Part shown: positions 17,627 through 26,301 of the stretch, piece by piece | How the letters are laid out: each line of letters begins with the position of its first letter | How positions within the stretch are numbered: position 1 is the stretch's first letter | Assembly: GCA_023266435.1 (NCBI GenBank) | Contig: JAHFQF010000001.1 | Location: forward strand, 1 to 44,563 | Length of the DNA: 44,563 bases | Origin: Legionellales bacterium | Lineage (GTDB): Bacteria; Pseudomonadota; Gammaproteobacteria; Berkiellales; Berkiellaceae | Direction of reading: 5' to 3' | Made by a program: the position numbers and the translations under genes | The notes under the pieces: model-generated | What the model saw: only the letters and a program-made list of their open reading frames with translations | The model's database searches: none | What the model was told of the DNA's origin: nothing

Positions 17627-18913
17627 ATGACGACTCAACACTTGTCCTATCAATGGGGCTTTGGAAATCATTTGAGTAGCGAGGCCTTACCGCAGAGCCT
17701 GCCAGCCGGACAAAACTCTCCACAGCGCGCGCCCTATGGGCTATATGCTGAACAGCTGTCTGGCGCCCCCTTCACACAGAAGCGTGCCCTCAATCAAAGA
17801 AGTTGGTTGTATCGCTTACTTCCAAGTGTTGTGCAAAGTCGCCTAACGCCCTTACGTCATGCTGGCATTACCACGGAAGCAACCTCCGATCCTAACGCCA
17901 TGCGCTGGAATCCTCTGCCTTTGCCAAGCACGCCCTGCCATTTTGTCGATGGGCTGCATACCTTGTTGCTCAGCCATCCTCACGGTACAGGTACAGGCGC
18001 AGCTGTTTATCTCTATGCTGCAAACCGCCCCATGTCTGAGACTTTTTTCTGCAATAACGATGGCGAGTTACTCTTGGTACCAGAAAAGGGCATCCATCGA
18101 CTGCAAACAGAGTTTGGGCCTTTGACTGTGCGCCCCTCTGAAATTGCAATCATCCCTAGAGGAGTGAAGTTCCAATTAAATCCTGGGGATGACAACATTC
18201 GCGGATATGTGCTCGAGAATTATGGTGCGCCACTGACGTTACCTGATTTGGGCCCGATCGGCGCAAATGGCCTCGCCAATGCGCGTGATTTTTTCTATCC
18301 CAACGCAACTTTTTTTGATCAGTCTGGCGCCTATCAATTAATTACAAAATTTCAAGGACAGCTGTGGGAAAGTACGCTACGCTCACATCCCTTAAATGTA
18401 GTAGCGTGGCATGGGAACTATGCACCCTATGCCTATGATTTAAAACGTTTTAACACCATCAATACCGTGAGCTTTGATCACCCTGATCCTAGCATCTTTA
18501 CCGTGTTAACAGCGCCCTCAGCCATTCCAGGTCAAGCTAACGTAGATTTTGTGATCTTCCCTGAGCGTTGGATGGTTGCGGAGCATACCTTTAGGCCCCC
18601 TTATTATCATAGGAATGTCATGAGCGAATACATGGGGCTCATCCACGGCACCTATGACGCCAAAGAAAAAGATTTTGTTCCTGGTGGCGGCAGCTTGCAT
18701 AACATCATGACACCGCATGGGCCAGACACCGATACTTTTTTAAGCGCTACAAAAGCAAGCTTAACGCCAGCAAAACAAACAGACACGCTAGCCTTTATGT
18801 TTGAAAGCAGTTTACCTTGGTTAGTCACCAAATTTTCGCAAGAAAAATCGCTTCTGCAACAAGACTATACAAAATGCTGGGAAAAGTTACCGCAGTTATT
18901 TGACAGGAAATAA
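17627..18913 (+). CDS. hmgA: homogentisate 1,2-dioxygenase
   Basis: 'YQWGFGNHLSSEALPQSLPAGQNSPQRAPYGLYAEQLSGAPFT' and 'YYHRNVMSEYMGLIHGTYDAKE' are highly conserved HmgA blocks. Length is 428 aa. Confidence 0.95.
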   Translation: MTTQHLSYQWGFGNHLSSEALPQSLPAGQNSPQRAPYGLYAEQLSGAPFTQKRALNQRSWLYRLLPSVVQSRLTPLRHAGITTEATSDPNAMRWNPLPLPSTPCHFVDGLHTLLLSHPHGTGTGAAVYLYAANRPMSETFFCNNDGELLLVPEKGIHRLQTEFGPLTVRPSEIAIIPRGVKFQLNPGDDNIRGYVLENYGAPLTLPDLGPIGANGLANARDFFYPNATFFDQSGAYQLITKFQGQLWESTLRSHPLNVVAWHGNYAPYAYDLKRFNTINTVSFDHPDPSIFTVLTAPSAIPGQANVDFVIFPERWMVAEHTFRPPYYHRNVMSEYMGLIHGTYDAKEKDFVPGGGSLHNIMTPHGPDTDTFLSATKASLTPAKQTDTLAFMFESSLPWLVTKFSQEKSLLQQDYTKCWEKLPQLFDRK

Positions 18914-18917
18914 AGAC

Positions 18918-18947
18918 ATCGCTGGCAAAGAAAAATTTGCCAGCGAT
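18918..18947. terminator. stem-loop between the convergent hmgA and HU-like genes
   Basis: Perfect 12-bp stem atcgctggcaaa / tttgccagcgat with a 6-nt loop gaaaaa. It starts 5 nt after the hmgA stop. There is no flanking U-tract on either strand, so its efficiency as an intrinsic terminator is uncertain. Confidence 0.5.
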
Positions 18948-18963
18948 CGTATCGCAAAGACGC

Positions 18964-19353
18964 CTAGTCTACAGACTCTTTTAATGTTTTCAAGGCGATT
19001 AATTTGATGTCATCTCTCGCCGGCTTAGCGGGGATCACGACCTCTTGCCCAGTTAACGGGCTAATCATTACGCGTTTTTTGGTTGGTTTGCGGCGTACAC
19101 GCTTAATTTTTAAACCAAGTTTTGGGATCATGAACTCGCCTGATCCTCTCTTTTTTAAATGTCCTTTGACAAGCTGAGATAATTCACTGAAAACAGACTC
19201 TACATCCACTCGTTTCAAGCCGGTCTTATCAGAAATCATTTGTAAAATTTCCATACGCGTCTGCCGATCTTTAATAGCGGCAATACGAATCTTCTTTTCT
19301 GCACTGGTGTCTTCCATTTTTGTAGCAACAACGCTACCTTTGGTTCTAGCCAT
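18964..19353 (-). CDS. HU/IHF-fold DNA-binding protein with a 30-35 residue N-terminal extension
   Basis: Residues from about 30 to 129 align with HU: 'ILQMISDKTGLKRVDVESVFSELSQLVKGHLKK', a beta-arm 'RRKPTKKRVMISPLTGQEVVIPAKP' and 'LKTLKESV'. A strong SD (AGGAGAAAAAC) precedes the ATG. Confidence 0.8.
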   Translation of the reverse strand: MARTKGSVVATKMEDTSAEKKIRIAAIKDRQTRMEILQMISDKTGLKRVDVESVFSELSQLVKGHLKKRGSGEFMIPKLGLKIKRVRRKPTKKRVMISPLTGQEVVIPAKPARDDIKLIALKTLKESVD

Positions 19354-19411
19354 GTTTTTCTCCTAACAATAACCCCTCACTTCATTATGATTGGTCAAAA
19401 AAGACGCAAGA

Positions 19412-19439
19412 TTATTACAATAACGGACAACAATGTAAA
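19412..19439 (-). promoter_or_regulatory. candidate sigma70 promoter for the HU-like gene
   Basis: On the minus strand: TTTACA, a 16-nt spacer, then TAATAA(T). It lies about 55 nt upstream of the ATG at 19353. Pattern only. Confidence 0.35.
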
Positions 19440-19448
19440 CCCTCTTTA

Positions 19449-20096
19449 TTAATAACTGAGAGGAACAGTGCTCATTTTATCCTCATAATGTGGATTGTTG
19501 AGCTGGCGTGTGACTGGATAGGCTGAAAAACTCATATTAGTTTGTTGGCAATCCGATAATATTTCTTGCGAGTTTTTCTTCTCACTGAGCCAGATTTTTA
19601 TTTGTGTTTCAGTTAAGAGCAGAGGCATGCGATCATGAATTTGATACAACGCGGGTAAGGCAGGTGTCGTAATGATAGCAACTGTGTGCACAGAAGCTGC
19701 GCCCTCTTGCCGATAAGACCAAATACCTGCGAGCGCTAGTAGTTGTTTATCTAATGCCTGAATATAAAAAGGTTGCTTGATATTTTGCGTTTTTTGCCAT
19801 TCATAATACCCTGAAGCGGGAATAATGCAGCGATGCGTTCGCACGCTATCACGAAAAGCTGGTTTTTCAACCAAAGTCTCCAGACGCGCATTAATAAGTG
19901 GCTTAAAGACATCGGAAGCAGCCCAGGCAGGCATAAAACCCCACGCCATAAACTGCAATTTCCCCCCTGGTAAAATCACAGGTATCATTTGTTGTGGAGA
20001 GATATTGTAGCGAGCCACCATACAAACTGATTCTTTGAGGCTAAATTGCCGGCTCATTTCCTCCATGGAGGCAGATAACGCAAACCGTCCACACAT
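19449..20096 (-). CDS. yedK: SOS-response-associated peptidase (SRAP/YedK, abasic-site processing protein)
   Basis: I chose the start at 20096 so the protein begins 'MCGRFAL', with the catalytic Cys2 obligatory in SRAP proteins. 'HDRMPLLL' is also present. The track ORF adds six residues upstream. Confidence 0.88.
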   Translation of the reverse strand: MCGRFALSASMEEMSRQFSLKESVCMVARYNISPQQMIPVILPGGKLQFMAWGFMPAWAASDVFKPLINARLETLVEKPAFRDSVRTHRCIIPASGYYEWQKTQNIKQPFYIQALDKQLLALAGIWSYRQEGAASVHTVAIITTPALPALYQIHDRMPLLLTETQIKIWLSEKKNSQEILSDCQQTNMSFSAYPVTRQLNNPHYEDKMSTVPLSY

Positions 20097-20155
20097 GGAT
20101 ATGTCAACCCTCACATGCTATTATGCGGCTCAGTTTAGCAGAAATGAGGCCAGGT

Positions 20156-21346
20156 ATGTCAGAAAATTTTTACGAATATCTTCAGGATCAACTGCATGCT
20201 ATTCGAGAAGAGGGCCTCTATAAAGAAGAACGCATCATCACTAGCCCGCAAAACGCTCAGATTAGTCTTAAGGCGCAGGCCAATGTAATTAATTTTTGCG
20301 CTAACAATTACTTAGGTCTAGCCAATCACCCGATGTTGATTGAAGCTGCGCACAAAGCATTAGACACATACGGCTATGGGATGGCATCTGTGCGCTTTAT
20401 TTGTGGAACACAGACACCACACAAAGCGCTCGAAGCAAAGATGAGCGCTTTCTTAGATAAAGAAGATACTATTTTATATTCATCTTGTTTTGATGCTAAT
20501 GCAGGCTTGTTTGAAACACTACTGAATGAGCAGGATGCCATCATCAGCGATAGTCTCAACCATGCAAGCATCATTGACGGGGTGCGCTTATGTAAAGCCC
20601 AACGTTTCCGCTACGAAAATAACAACATGGCGGACTTGGAGACACAATTAAAAGCTGCGCAAAAAGCTCGTTTTAGGCTGATTGCTACCGATGGCATCTT
20701 CTCTATGGATGGCACCATTGCCAACTTGCCCGCAATCTGTGAGCTGGCTGAAAAATACGATGCCTTAGTGATGGTGGATGATTCTCATGCTGTTGGTTTC
20801 ATGGGGCCTAAAGGCCAAGGTACGCCTCATCATCATGGCGTGGAAAAGTATGTGGATATCTTGACGGGTACTTTTGGTAAAGCGTTGGGTGGTGCTTCAG
20901 GCGGATATACCTCTGGTAAAAAAGCCGTTGTGGATTATTTGCGTCAACGCTCCAGGCCCTATTTGTTTTCTAATACGTTGGCGCCACTCATCACACAAAC
21001 CACACTGACTGCACTCGATCTGATTCAACAACAGGATCATTTTAGAGCAACCTTGTTTAAAAATGCAGCCTTTTTCCGTGCAGGACTTTTAAAACAAGGC
21101 TTTGAGTTAATTCCAGGGGAGCACCCCATTATTCCAGTCATGATAGGCGATGCAGCATTGGCAACACAATTTGCTACTGCTCTACTGAGTGAAGGAATTT
21201 ATGTGGTTGGATTTTCCTATCCTGTGGTGCCTAAAGGTCGCGCACGCATTCGCACGCAGATGTCTGCGGCTCACACCCAGCCTCAGCTAGAGCAAGCACT
21301 CGCAGCGTTTACGAAGATCGGACGTCAACTTAAGATCATTGCTTAA
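20156..21346 (+). CDS. kbl: glycine C-acetyltransferase (2-amino-3-ketobutyrate CoA ligase)
   Basis: Collinear with E. coli Kbl from '[13 protein letters not shown]'. 'SVRFICGTQ', 'DDSHAVGF' and '[13 protein letters not shown]' (PLP lysine) are present. ATG at 20156. Confidence 0.95.
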   Translation: MSENFYEYLQDQLHAIREEGLYKEERIITSPQNAQISLKAQANVINFCANNYLGLANHPMLIEAAHKALDTYGYGMASVRFICGTQTPHKALEAKMSAFLDKEDTILYSSCFDANAGLFETLLNEQDAIISDSLNHASIIDGVRLCKAQRFRYENNNMADLETQLKAAQKARFRLIATDGIFSMDGTIANLPAICELAEKYDALVMVDDSHAVGFMGPKGQGTPHHHGVEKYVDILTGTFGKALGGASGGYTSGKKAVVDYLRQRSRPYLFSNTLAPLITQTTLTALDLIQQQDHFRATLFKNAAFFRAGLLKQGFELIPGEHPIIPVMIGDAALATQFATALLSEGIYVVGFSYPVVPKGRARIRTQMSAAHTQPQLEQALAAFTKIGRQLKIIA

Positions 21347-21391
21347 GTAGGGGCCGGTCTCTGTGCCGGCTCGCTAGCTGTTTTTGAATGC

Positions 21392-22339
21392 TTACAATAA
21401 TTTTTTCCGCAAATTCTCCAACATATCTGCAGTCATTTTTTGCAGATCGTATTCATGCTGCCAACCCCACTCTCGTCGTGCAGCAGAGTCATCAATCGAT
21501 TTTGGCCACGAGTCTGCAATGCTTTGTCTAAAATCGGGGTGGTATTCAATTTGAAACTCTGGAATATGCTTTTGAATTTCTCGCGCAATCTCTGCACAAG
21601 AGAAACTCATGGCTGCAAAATTAAAATTGGAATGATGTTTTAATTGAGAAAAATCTGCCTCACTCAACTCGATAGTGCCTCGAATGGCATCTGACATATA
21701 CATCATGGGTAATACCGTGTCTGCCGCCAGGAAGCACGTATACTTTTTATGCATGATCGCCTCATAGAAAATTTCAACTGCATAATCTGTGGTGCCACCA
21801 CCTGGCAAAGTCTTATGGCTGATTAAACCTGGGTAACGTAAACCACGAATGTCCATGCCATACTTAGACACATAATAATCACAGATCAATTCACCGGCTG
21901 CCTTTGAAACACCATACATTGTTTTAGGTAGGATAATCGTCTGTTGCGGCGTGTCATCCGCAGGCGTTTCTGGGCCAAAAACCGCAATGGAGCTAGGGCA
22001 AACGATTTGGCGTATATTCATGGCCCGAGCCACTTCTAATACATTGTATAGCCCAATGATATTCACATCAAAACACAGTTGTGGATTTTTTTCTCCTGCT
22101 GCAGAGAGAATCGCTGCCAAATGATGAATGACTTCAATTTGATGCTTTTCTACGATATGCGCTAAATCGGCCCTATCCAAAACATCTAGTTTTTCATAAG
22201 GGTGAAATTCCTCGGAAACCTGAGAGGCATCCTTGAGATCAGAGGCGATAACCGCTTGAGCGCCATATCGTTTGCGCAATTCTGAAACCAGTTCAGAGCC
22301 AATTTGCCCTAAGGCACCTGTTACTAAGATTTTTGTCAT
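21392..22339 (-). CDS. tdh: L-threonine 3-dehydrogenase, short-chain (UDP-glucose-epimerase-like) type
   Basis: Rossmann motif 'ILVTGALGQIGSEL' and catalytic 'YGVSKAAGE' (YxxxK). 315 aa, convergent with kbl. The functional call rests on family resemblance plus kbl linkage. Confidence 0.75.
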   Translation of the reverse strand: MTKILVTGALGQIGSELVSELRKRYGAQAVIASDLKDASQVSEEFHPYEKLDVLDRADLAHIVEKHQIEVIHHLAAILSAAGEKNPQLCFDVNIIGLYNVLEVARAMNIRQIVCPSSIAVFGPETPADDTPQQTIILPKTMYGVSKAAGELICDYYVSKYGMDIRGLRYPGLISHKTLPGGGTTDYAVEIFYEAIMHKKYTCFLAADTVLPMMYMSDAIRGTIELSEADFSQLKHHSNFNFAAMSFSCAEIAREIQKHIPEFQIEYHPDFRQSIADSWPKSIDDSAARREWGWQHEYDLQKMTADMLENLRKKLL

Positions 22340-22414
22340 AGATTCGCTATCTAAACACCAAAAATCCCCACTCTAAGATTTCTTGCTTAAGTTGTCAACC
22401 AGCGTATATGCAAA

Positions 22415-24304
22415 TCACGCGTAATTCAGCGCTCCAGTTAAAATAGTGCGCGCATTTAATACAATTTTGGGTGCACGCAGTTTAAAACCATCCGCGCATA
22501 TACTCAGTTCAGCATTACCCACTTTGAATACAACACCCTGTGCACCAGCAATATGCATACCTGTCTCGCTGATTAGCGACGCATGGTTCTGGATAAGCTG
22601 TTTAACCGCTAACTGGCTTGAAAAATGAATATTTTTAGCACTAACACGCCACGTCTCTCCCACCAGGCGCATTTCTTTAGCTGTGATGCGCATAGTCTGC
22701 GCATGATGGTGCGCAATATTTGCACGCAGTGTTACCGTTTTTTGAGCCTGCACTTGATGCTCAGATAGCGTTTTTACTTGTAACTGATGATGCGTTTGTC
22801 GATGCTCCGCATCACTCACCATGTGTATAGCACCTTTGGCTTGAATGGTTTTTGATCCTTGAGACCAAAACCAAATGCCTGAATCCTCTTGCCCCTGCTT
22901 CAGAATAAAACCGGCACTTTGATCGGGTGCAAACAGAGCATTTTCATGGCAACCTTCAGACTCTTGAATCTGCCACTCAAATCCGAGCGCTGTTTTTAAG
23001 CGATAACTATTTTGATTGGCTCGGGTCACAATGTTGTCCACAGAAGTGACGGCCCCTAAAATAATAGGCTCGTTGATTTGATGATATAAAAACCCAATCC
23101 GTACGCGCGTGCCCGCTGTCACGGAAAAATGAAACCCTCTGCCATCACCTGAAAGCGGATATAACATACGAACCGCAGGATGGCAGGAGGTTTTTAAGTG
23201 ATAATTATCCAACTGTACACGATAGCGTCCTACTTTTTTAAGCTGCAGTTCCTCTGGAGAGCCGATCACTGTTGCTGCAATTAAATCCATTGGTTTTACT
23301 AACGCTAAAGGATTTCTATAAACTACGGATCGCTTAATTAATACTAACCGCACTTTTTGCATGGAATCTGTAAAATACTGCGCCTCTTTCCACAGTAGAC
23401 TCATTGCTATCACTTGATAACTACCCACCAGCCAAGAATGCGCGCTCGATTGCACGTTCACCGTCGAGCCGAGATCAATCAGCGACCACTCAAGCTCAAT
23501 GATTACCCGCTCACTGCAACAGGTACTCGCTTGCTGTAAAATAGTCGCAACTTGCTGTGCCTGTTGATTGGATTCAAAAAAACCACCAAAACAATACCAT
23601 CTTCCAATGCCCGCCCCCTCTACAACGCATTCTGCTGAGAGATTTTGATTGGGATGTAAATCACTAAAGCGATCTACTTTGAAAGTTTTGATTGCCAAAT
23701 CATGCTGATAACCGATCAAAGTCGCTGTCGCTACTTTTTTATTCGGAATATCCTCTGGAGCAATCAATGCTTTCTTGCTGAGGATCTCTACGGACACGAC
23801 AGACCCTTGAGCAGACAGGACATCTCTGATCACAATACGATAGGTTTCCTTGGTATTTTCTAGAATCACATACCAGCCTTGTTCAGCAACCAGCCGTTTA
23901 AAACACTGCCAATCGGTTTCTTGATGCTGCAAAATAAACTCTCTTCGCGGCTCTTGCGCTGCAAGCTGAAAAACAAGCTGATCTACAGACATGTTGGCAT
24001 CTGCAAAAAGCAGGCGAATCACCTGAGAAATCGGCACTCCACTAAAATATTGGTTCTTCTGCTGTGTGTGTAATTTTAAAAGCGGAGAGGCAAGCGAAAT
24101 TTTCAAAAAAAATGCACTGTTTTCATTTGAAAAGCACTGCACCAAGACAATCACCCCATGAAAATACGTGTTTTCCTGCAAACACAGGCACGCAGCGTGT
24201 TGCTCTAAAGACGCCCAATCAAAAGAGAGCCCTAAAGTGGGAGTAGTCAGGGTAAATTGATAATCCCCGATCCAATTCAGGTATTTATCAAGAACAAGCG
24301 GCAA
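22415..24304 (-). CDS. VgrG-like spike protein (gpD/gp27-like plus gp5 OB-like plus beta-helical tail), orphan; possibly 5'-truncated
   Basis: 'TYFHGVIV', 'REFILQHQETDWQCFKRLVAEQGWYVILEN..YRIVIRD' and 'ATVIGSPEELQLKKVGRYRVQLDN...GTRVRIGFLYHQINEPIILGAV' parallel canonical VgrG blocks. The only start is TTG at 24304 with a weak SD, and the first ATG is codon 105. Confidence 0.7.
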   Translation of the reverse strand: MPLVLDKYLNWIGDYQFTLTTPTLGLSFDWASLEQHAACLCLQENTYFHGVIVLVQCFSNENSAFFLKISLASPLLKLHTQQKNQYFSGVPISQVIRLLFADANMSVDQLVFQLAAQEPRREFILQHQETDWQCFKRLVAEQGWYVILENTKETYRIVIRDVLSAQGSVVSVEILSKKALIAPEDIPNKKVATATLIGYQHDLAIKTFKVDRFSDLHPNQNLSAECVVEGAGIGRWYCFGGFFESNQQAQQVATILQQASTCCSERVIIELEWSLIDLGSTVNVQSSAHSWLVGSYQVIAMSLLWKEAQYFTDSMQKVRLVLIKRSVVYRNPLALVKPMDLIAATVIGSPEELQLKKVGRYRVQLDNYHLKTSCHPAVRMLYPLSGDGRGFHFSVTAGTRVRIGFLYHQINEPIILGAVTSVDNIVTRANQNSYRLKTALGFEWQIQESEGCHENALFAPDQSAGFILKQGQEDSGIWFWSQGSKTIQAKGAIHMVSDAEHRQTHHQLQVKTLSEHQVQAQKTVTLRANIAHHHAQTMRITAKEMRLVGETWRVSAKNIHFSSQLAVKQLIQNHASLISETGMHIAGAQGVVFKVGNAELSICADGFKLRAPKIVLNARTILTGALNYA

Positions 24305-24397
24305 GGAGCTCGCATTGTCTGCATAGGGCTCCCCTAAAAAGCCTTGCGCAATCGGTAACTCTAGCTCAAGGCTGGGAATTGTTAAAAAAGCCAGCGT

Positions 24398-26233
24398 TTA
24401 TTCCACCGTCACTGATTTCGCTAAATTTCTTGGCTGATCGACGTCTGTGCCCTTCTCAACCGCCACGTGATAGGCCAACAATTGCAAAGGTATCGTGAAT
24501 AACAGAGGAGATAAGACGCTGTTTTCAGGTACAGGCACATAAATAACCTCTGCCTCAATATCAGAAGGAAGGGTGACTTGACTGTCCACAAACAACAGCA
24601 GCTTTCCACCGCGCGCACTGACCTCATGCAAATTCGAGAGCATTTTTGGTAAAAGATGATCATTCGGCACCACGGCAACGACGGTCATGCTGTCATCGAC
24701 CAAGGCGAGTGGTCCATGCTTCAGCTCTCCTGCTGGATAGCTTTCTGCATGAATATAGGACAATTCCTTCAGTTTTAAAGCACCCTCCATTACCACAGGA
24801 TAATGAATTCCTCTACCTAAAAATAACGCATGGTGCGCTTTTGCAAATTTTTGCGCCATGACTTTGATGCTTTCATCCAGAGCTAAAACAGTCTCTACGC
24901 GCTCTGGAAGAGAGCGCATTGCTTGTAAAATGCTTTGACATTGCTCCGAGGTTAATGCGCGGCGTCGCCCTAATACGAGCGCCAACATTAATAAGGCCAA
25001 GAGCTGTGTGGTGAATGCTTTCGTGCTCGCCACGCCAATTTCAGGGCCCGCATGAGTAAGAAACGCCAGCTGTGCTTCTCGCACCAAAGAGCTGACCGGC
25101 ACATTACAGATGGCAAGGCTGCCACTTAAATTCTTTTTCTCAATATCGCGCAATACCGCCAAAGTATCTGCCGTTTCCCCGGATTGGGAAATTAAAACCA
25201 GCAAGGTGTCTTCTGGGATGACTGGAGAGCGGTAGCGTAATTCACTAGCAATGTCGACCTGACAAGAAATCCCGGAGATTTGCTCTAGCCAGTATTTTGC
25301 CAACAATCCTGCATGGTAACTGGTACCACACGCAACGATTAATACCTGTTTAGTGCGCTCAAAAACGGCTTTGGAGTCTGCCCCAAAGACCTCATCCACA
25401 ACCTCACCTTGTGTCAGCCTACCTTCCATCGCCTCAGAGAGCGCAAAAGGTTGCTCAAAAATTTCTTTTTGCATGAAGTGACGATAGTGCCCTTTTTCTG
25501 CTGACTCTAGTCTTACGGCCACTCGAGACACCTCTCGATTGACCAAATTACCCTCCACATCATACACATGGAAATGATTTTGTTTCACTTCTGCAATATC
25601 ACCTTCCTCTAACATACAAAAATCTTGCGCAACAGGCAGTAAAGCAAGCGGATCGGAGGCAACAAAATGTCCATAATCTGAAACGCCGATGACCAAGGGG
25701 CTGCCTTGTCTTGCGCAGATTAAAGCATCTGGACTATCTTGACTGACAACAGCCAAGGCATACGCACCTTGTAATTCTTTGACTGTTTTTGCAACAGCCT
25801 GTAATAAATTACTAGAAGATTGTAGATTAAAATGTAAGCAATGAACGATGGCTTCTGTATCCGTTTCTGAGTGAAATACATAGCCTTTTTGTTTTAAGGA
25901 GTTGGCCAGTGTTTGATAGTTCTCAATAATGCCATTATGCACCAATGCCAATCCTTCGCCAGACTGATGTGGGTGCGCATTTTTTTCACTTGGTTTACCG
26001 TGCGTGGCCCAGCGAGTATGTGCTACTCCTACCGTTCCAGCCAGCGTTATTGTGGATAACTTTTCTGCTAAATTTTGCACTTTTCCACAGGTTCTAATGC
26101 GAGTCAGACCGTCCTGTGGCGATAGTACAGCAATGCCGGCAGAGTCATACCCTCTGTATTCCAGGCGCTTCAAACCCTCTAACAAAAGAGGGGCTATTTG
26201 TTTATTCGATACGCCACCAATAATGCCGCACAT
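24398..26233 (-). CDS. glmS: glutamine--fructose-6-phosphate aminotransferase
   Basis: Starts 'MCGIIGG' (Ntn Cys2) at 26233 and ends with the invariant '...NLAKSVTVE'. The SIS domains are collinear with E. coli GlmS. Confidence 0.97.
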   Translation of the reverse strand: MCGIIGGVSNKQIAPLLLEGLKRLEYRGYDSAGIAVLSPQDGLTRIRTCGKVQNLAEKLSTITLAGTVGVAHTRWATHGKPSEKNAHPHQSGEGLALVHNGIIENYQTLANSLKQKGYVFHSETDTEAIVHCLHFNLQSSSNLLQAVAKTVKELQGAYALAVVSQDSPDALICARQGSPLVIGVSDYGHFVASDPLALLPVAQDFCMLEEGDIAEVKQNHFHVYDVEGNLVNREVSRVAVRLESAEKGHYRHFMQKEIFEQPFALSEAMEGRLTQGEVVDEVFGADSKAVFERTKQVLIVACGTSYHAGLLAKYWLEQISGISCQVDIASELRYRSPVIPEDTLLVLISQSGETADTLAVLRDIEKKNLSGSLAICNVPVSSLVREAQLAFLTHAGPEIGVASTKAFTTQLLALLMLALVLGRRRALTSEQCQSILQAMRSLPERVETVLALDESIKVMAQKFAKAHHALFLGRGIHYPVVMEGALKLKELSYIHAESYPAGELKHGPLALVDDSMTVVAVVPNDHLLPKMLSNLHEVSARGGKLLLFVDSQVTLPSDIEAEVIYVPVPENSVLSPLLFTIPLQLLAYHVAVEKGTDVDQPRNLAKSVTVE

Positions 26234-26301
26234 GTTTTCTTTCCTATCTTGCTCTTTGCAATGAAGCCGCATTTACATAAAAAGCGCTCGCTTCGCTGAG
26301 T

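Noticed and set aside
24305-24397. Possible Tn7-like insertion or attTn7 occupancy downstream of glmS that would explain the VgrG-like gene
   Set aside because: There are no tnsA-E-like genes and no terminal TGTGGG-type end repeats. I also found no flanking direct or inverted repeats between 22340-22414 and 24305-24397. Only the position is suggestive.
24305-24400. GlmS-VgrG fusion protein produced by stop-codon readthrough
   Set aside because: Sharing a frame has a one-in-three prior. A 31-codon open stretch is not very improbable. GlmS ends with its invariant VTVE C-terminus at a strong TAA. I kept this only as a caveat inside the VgrG finding.
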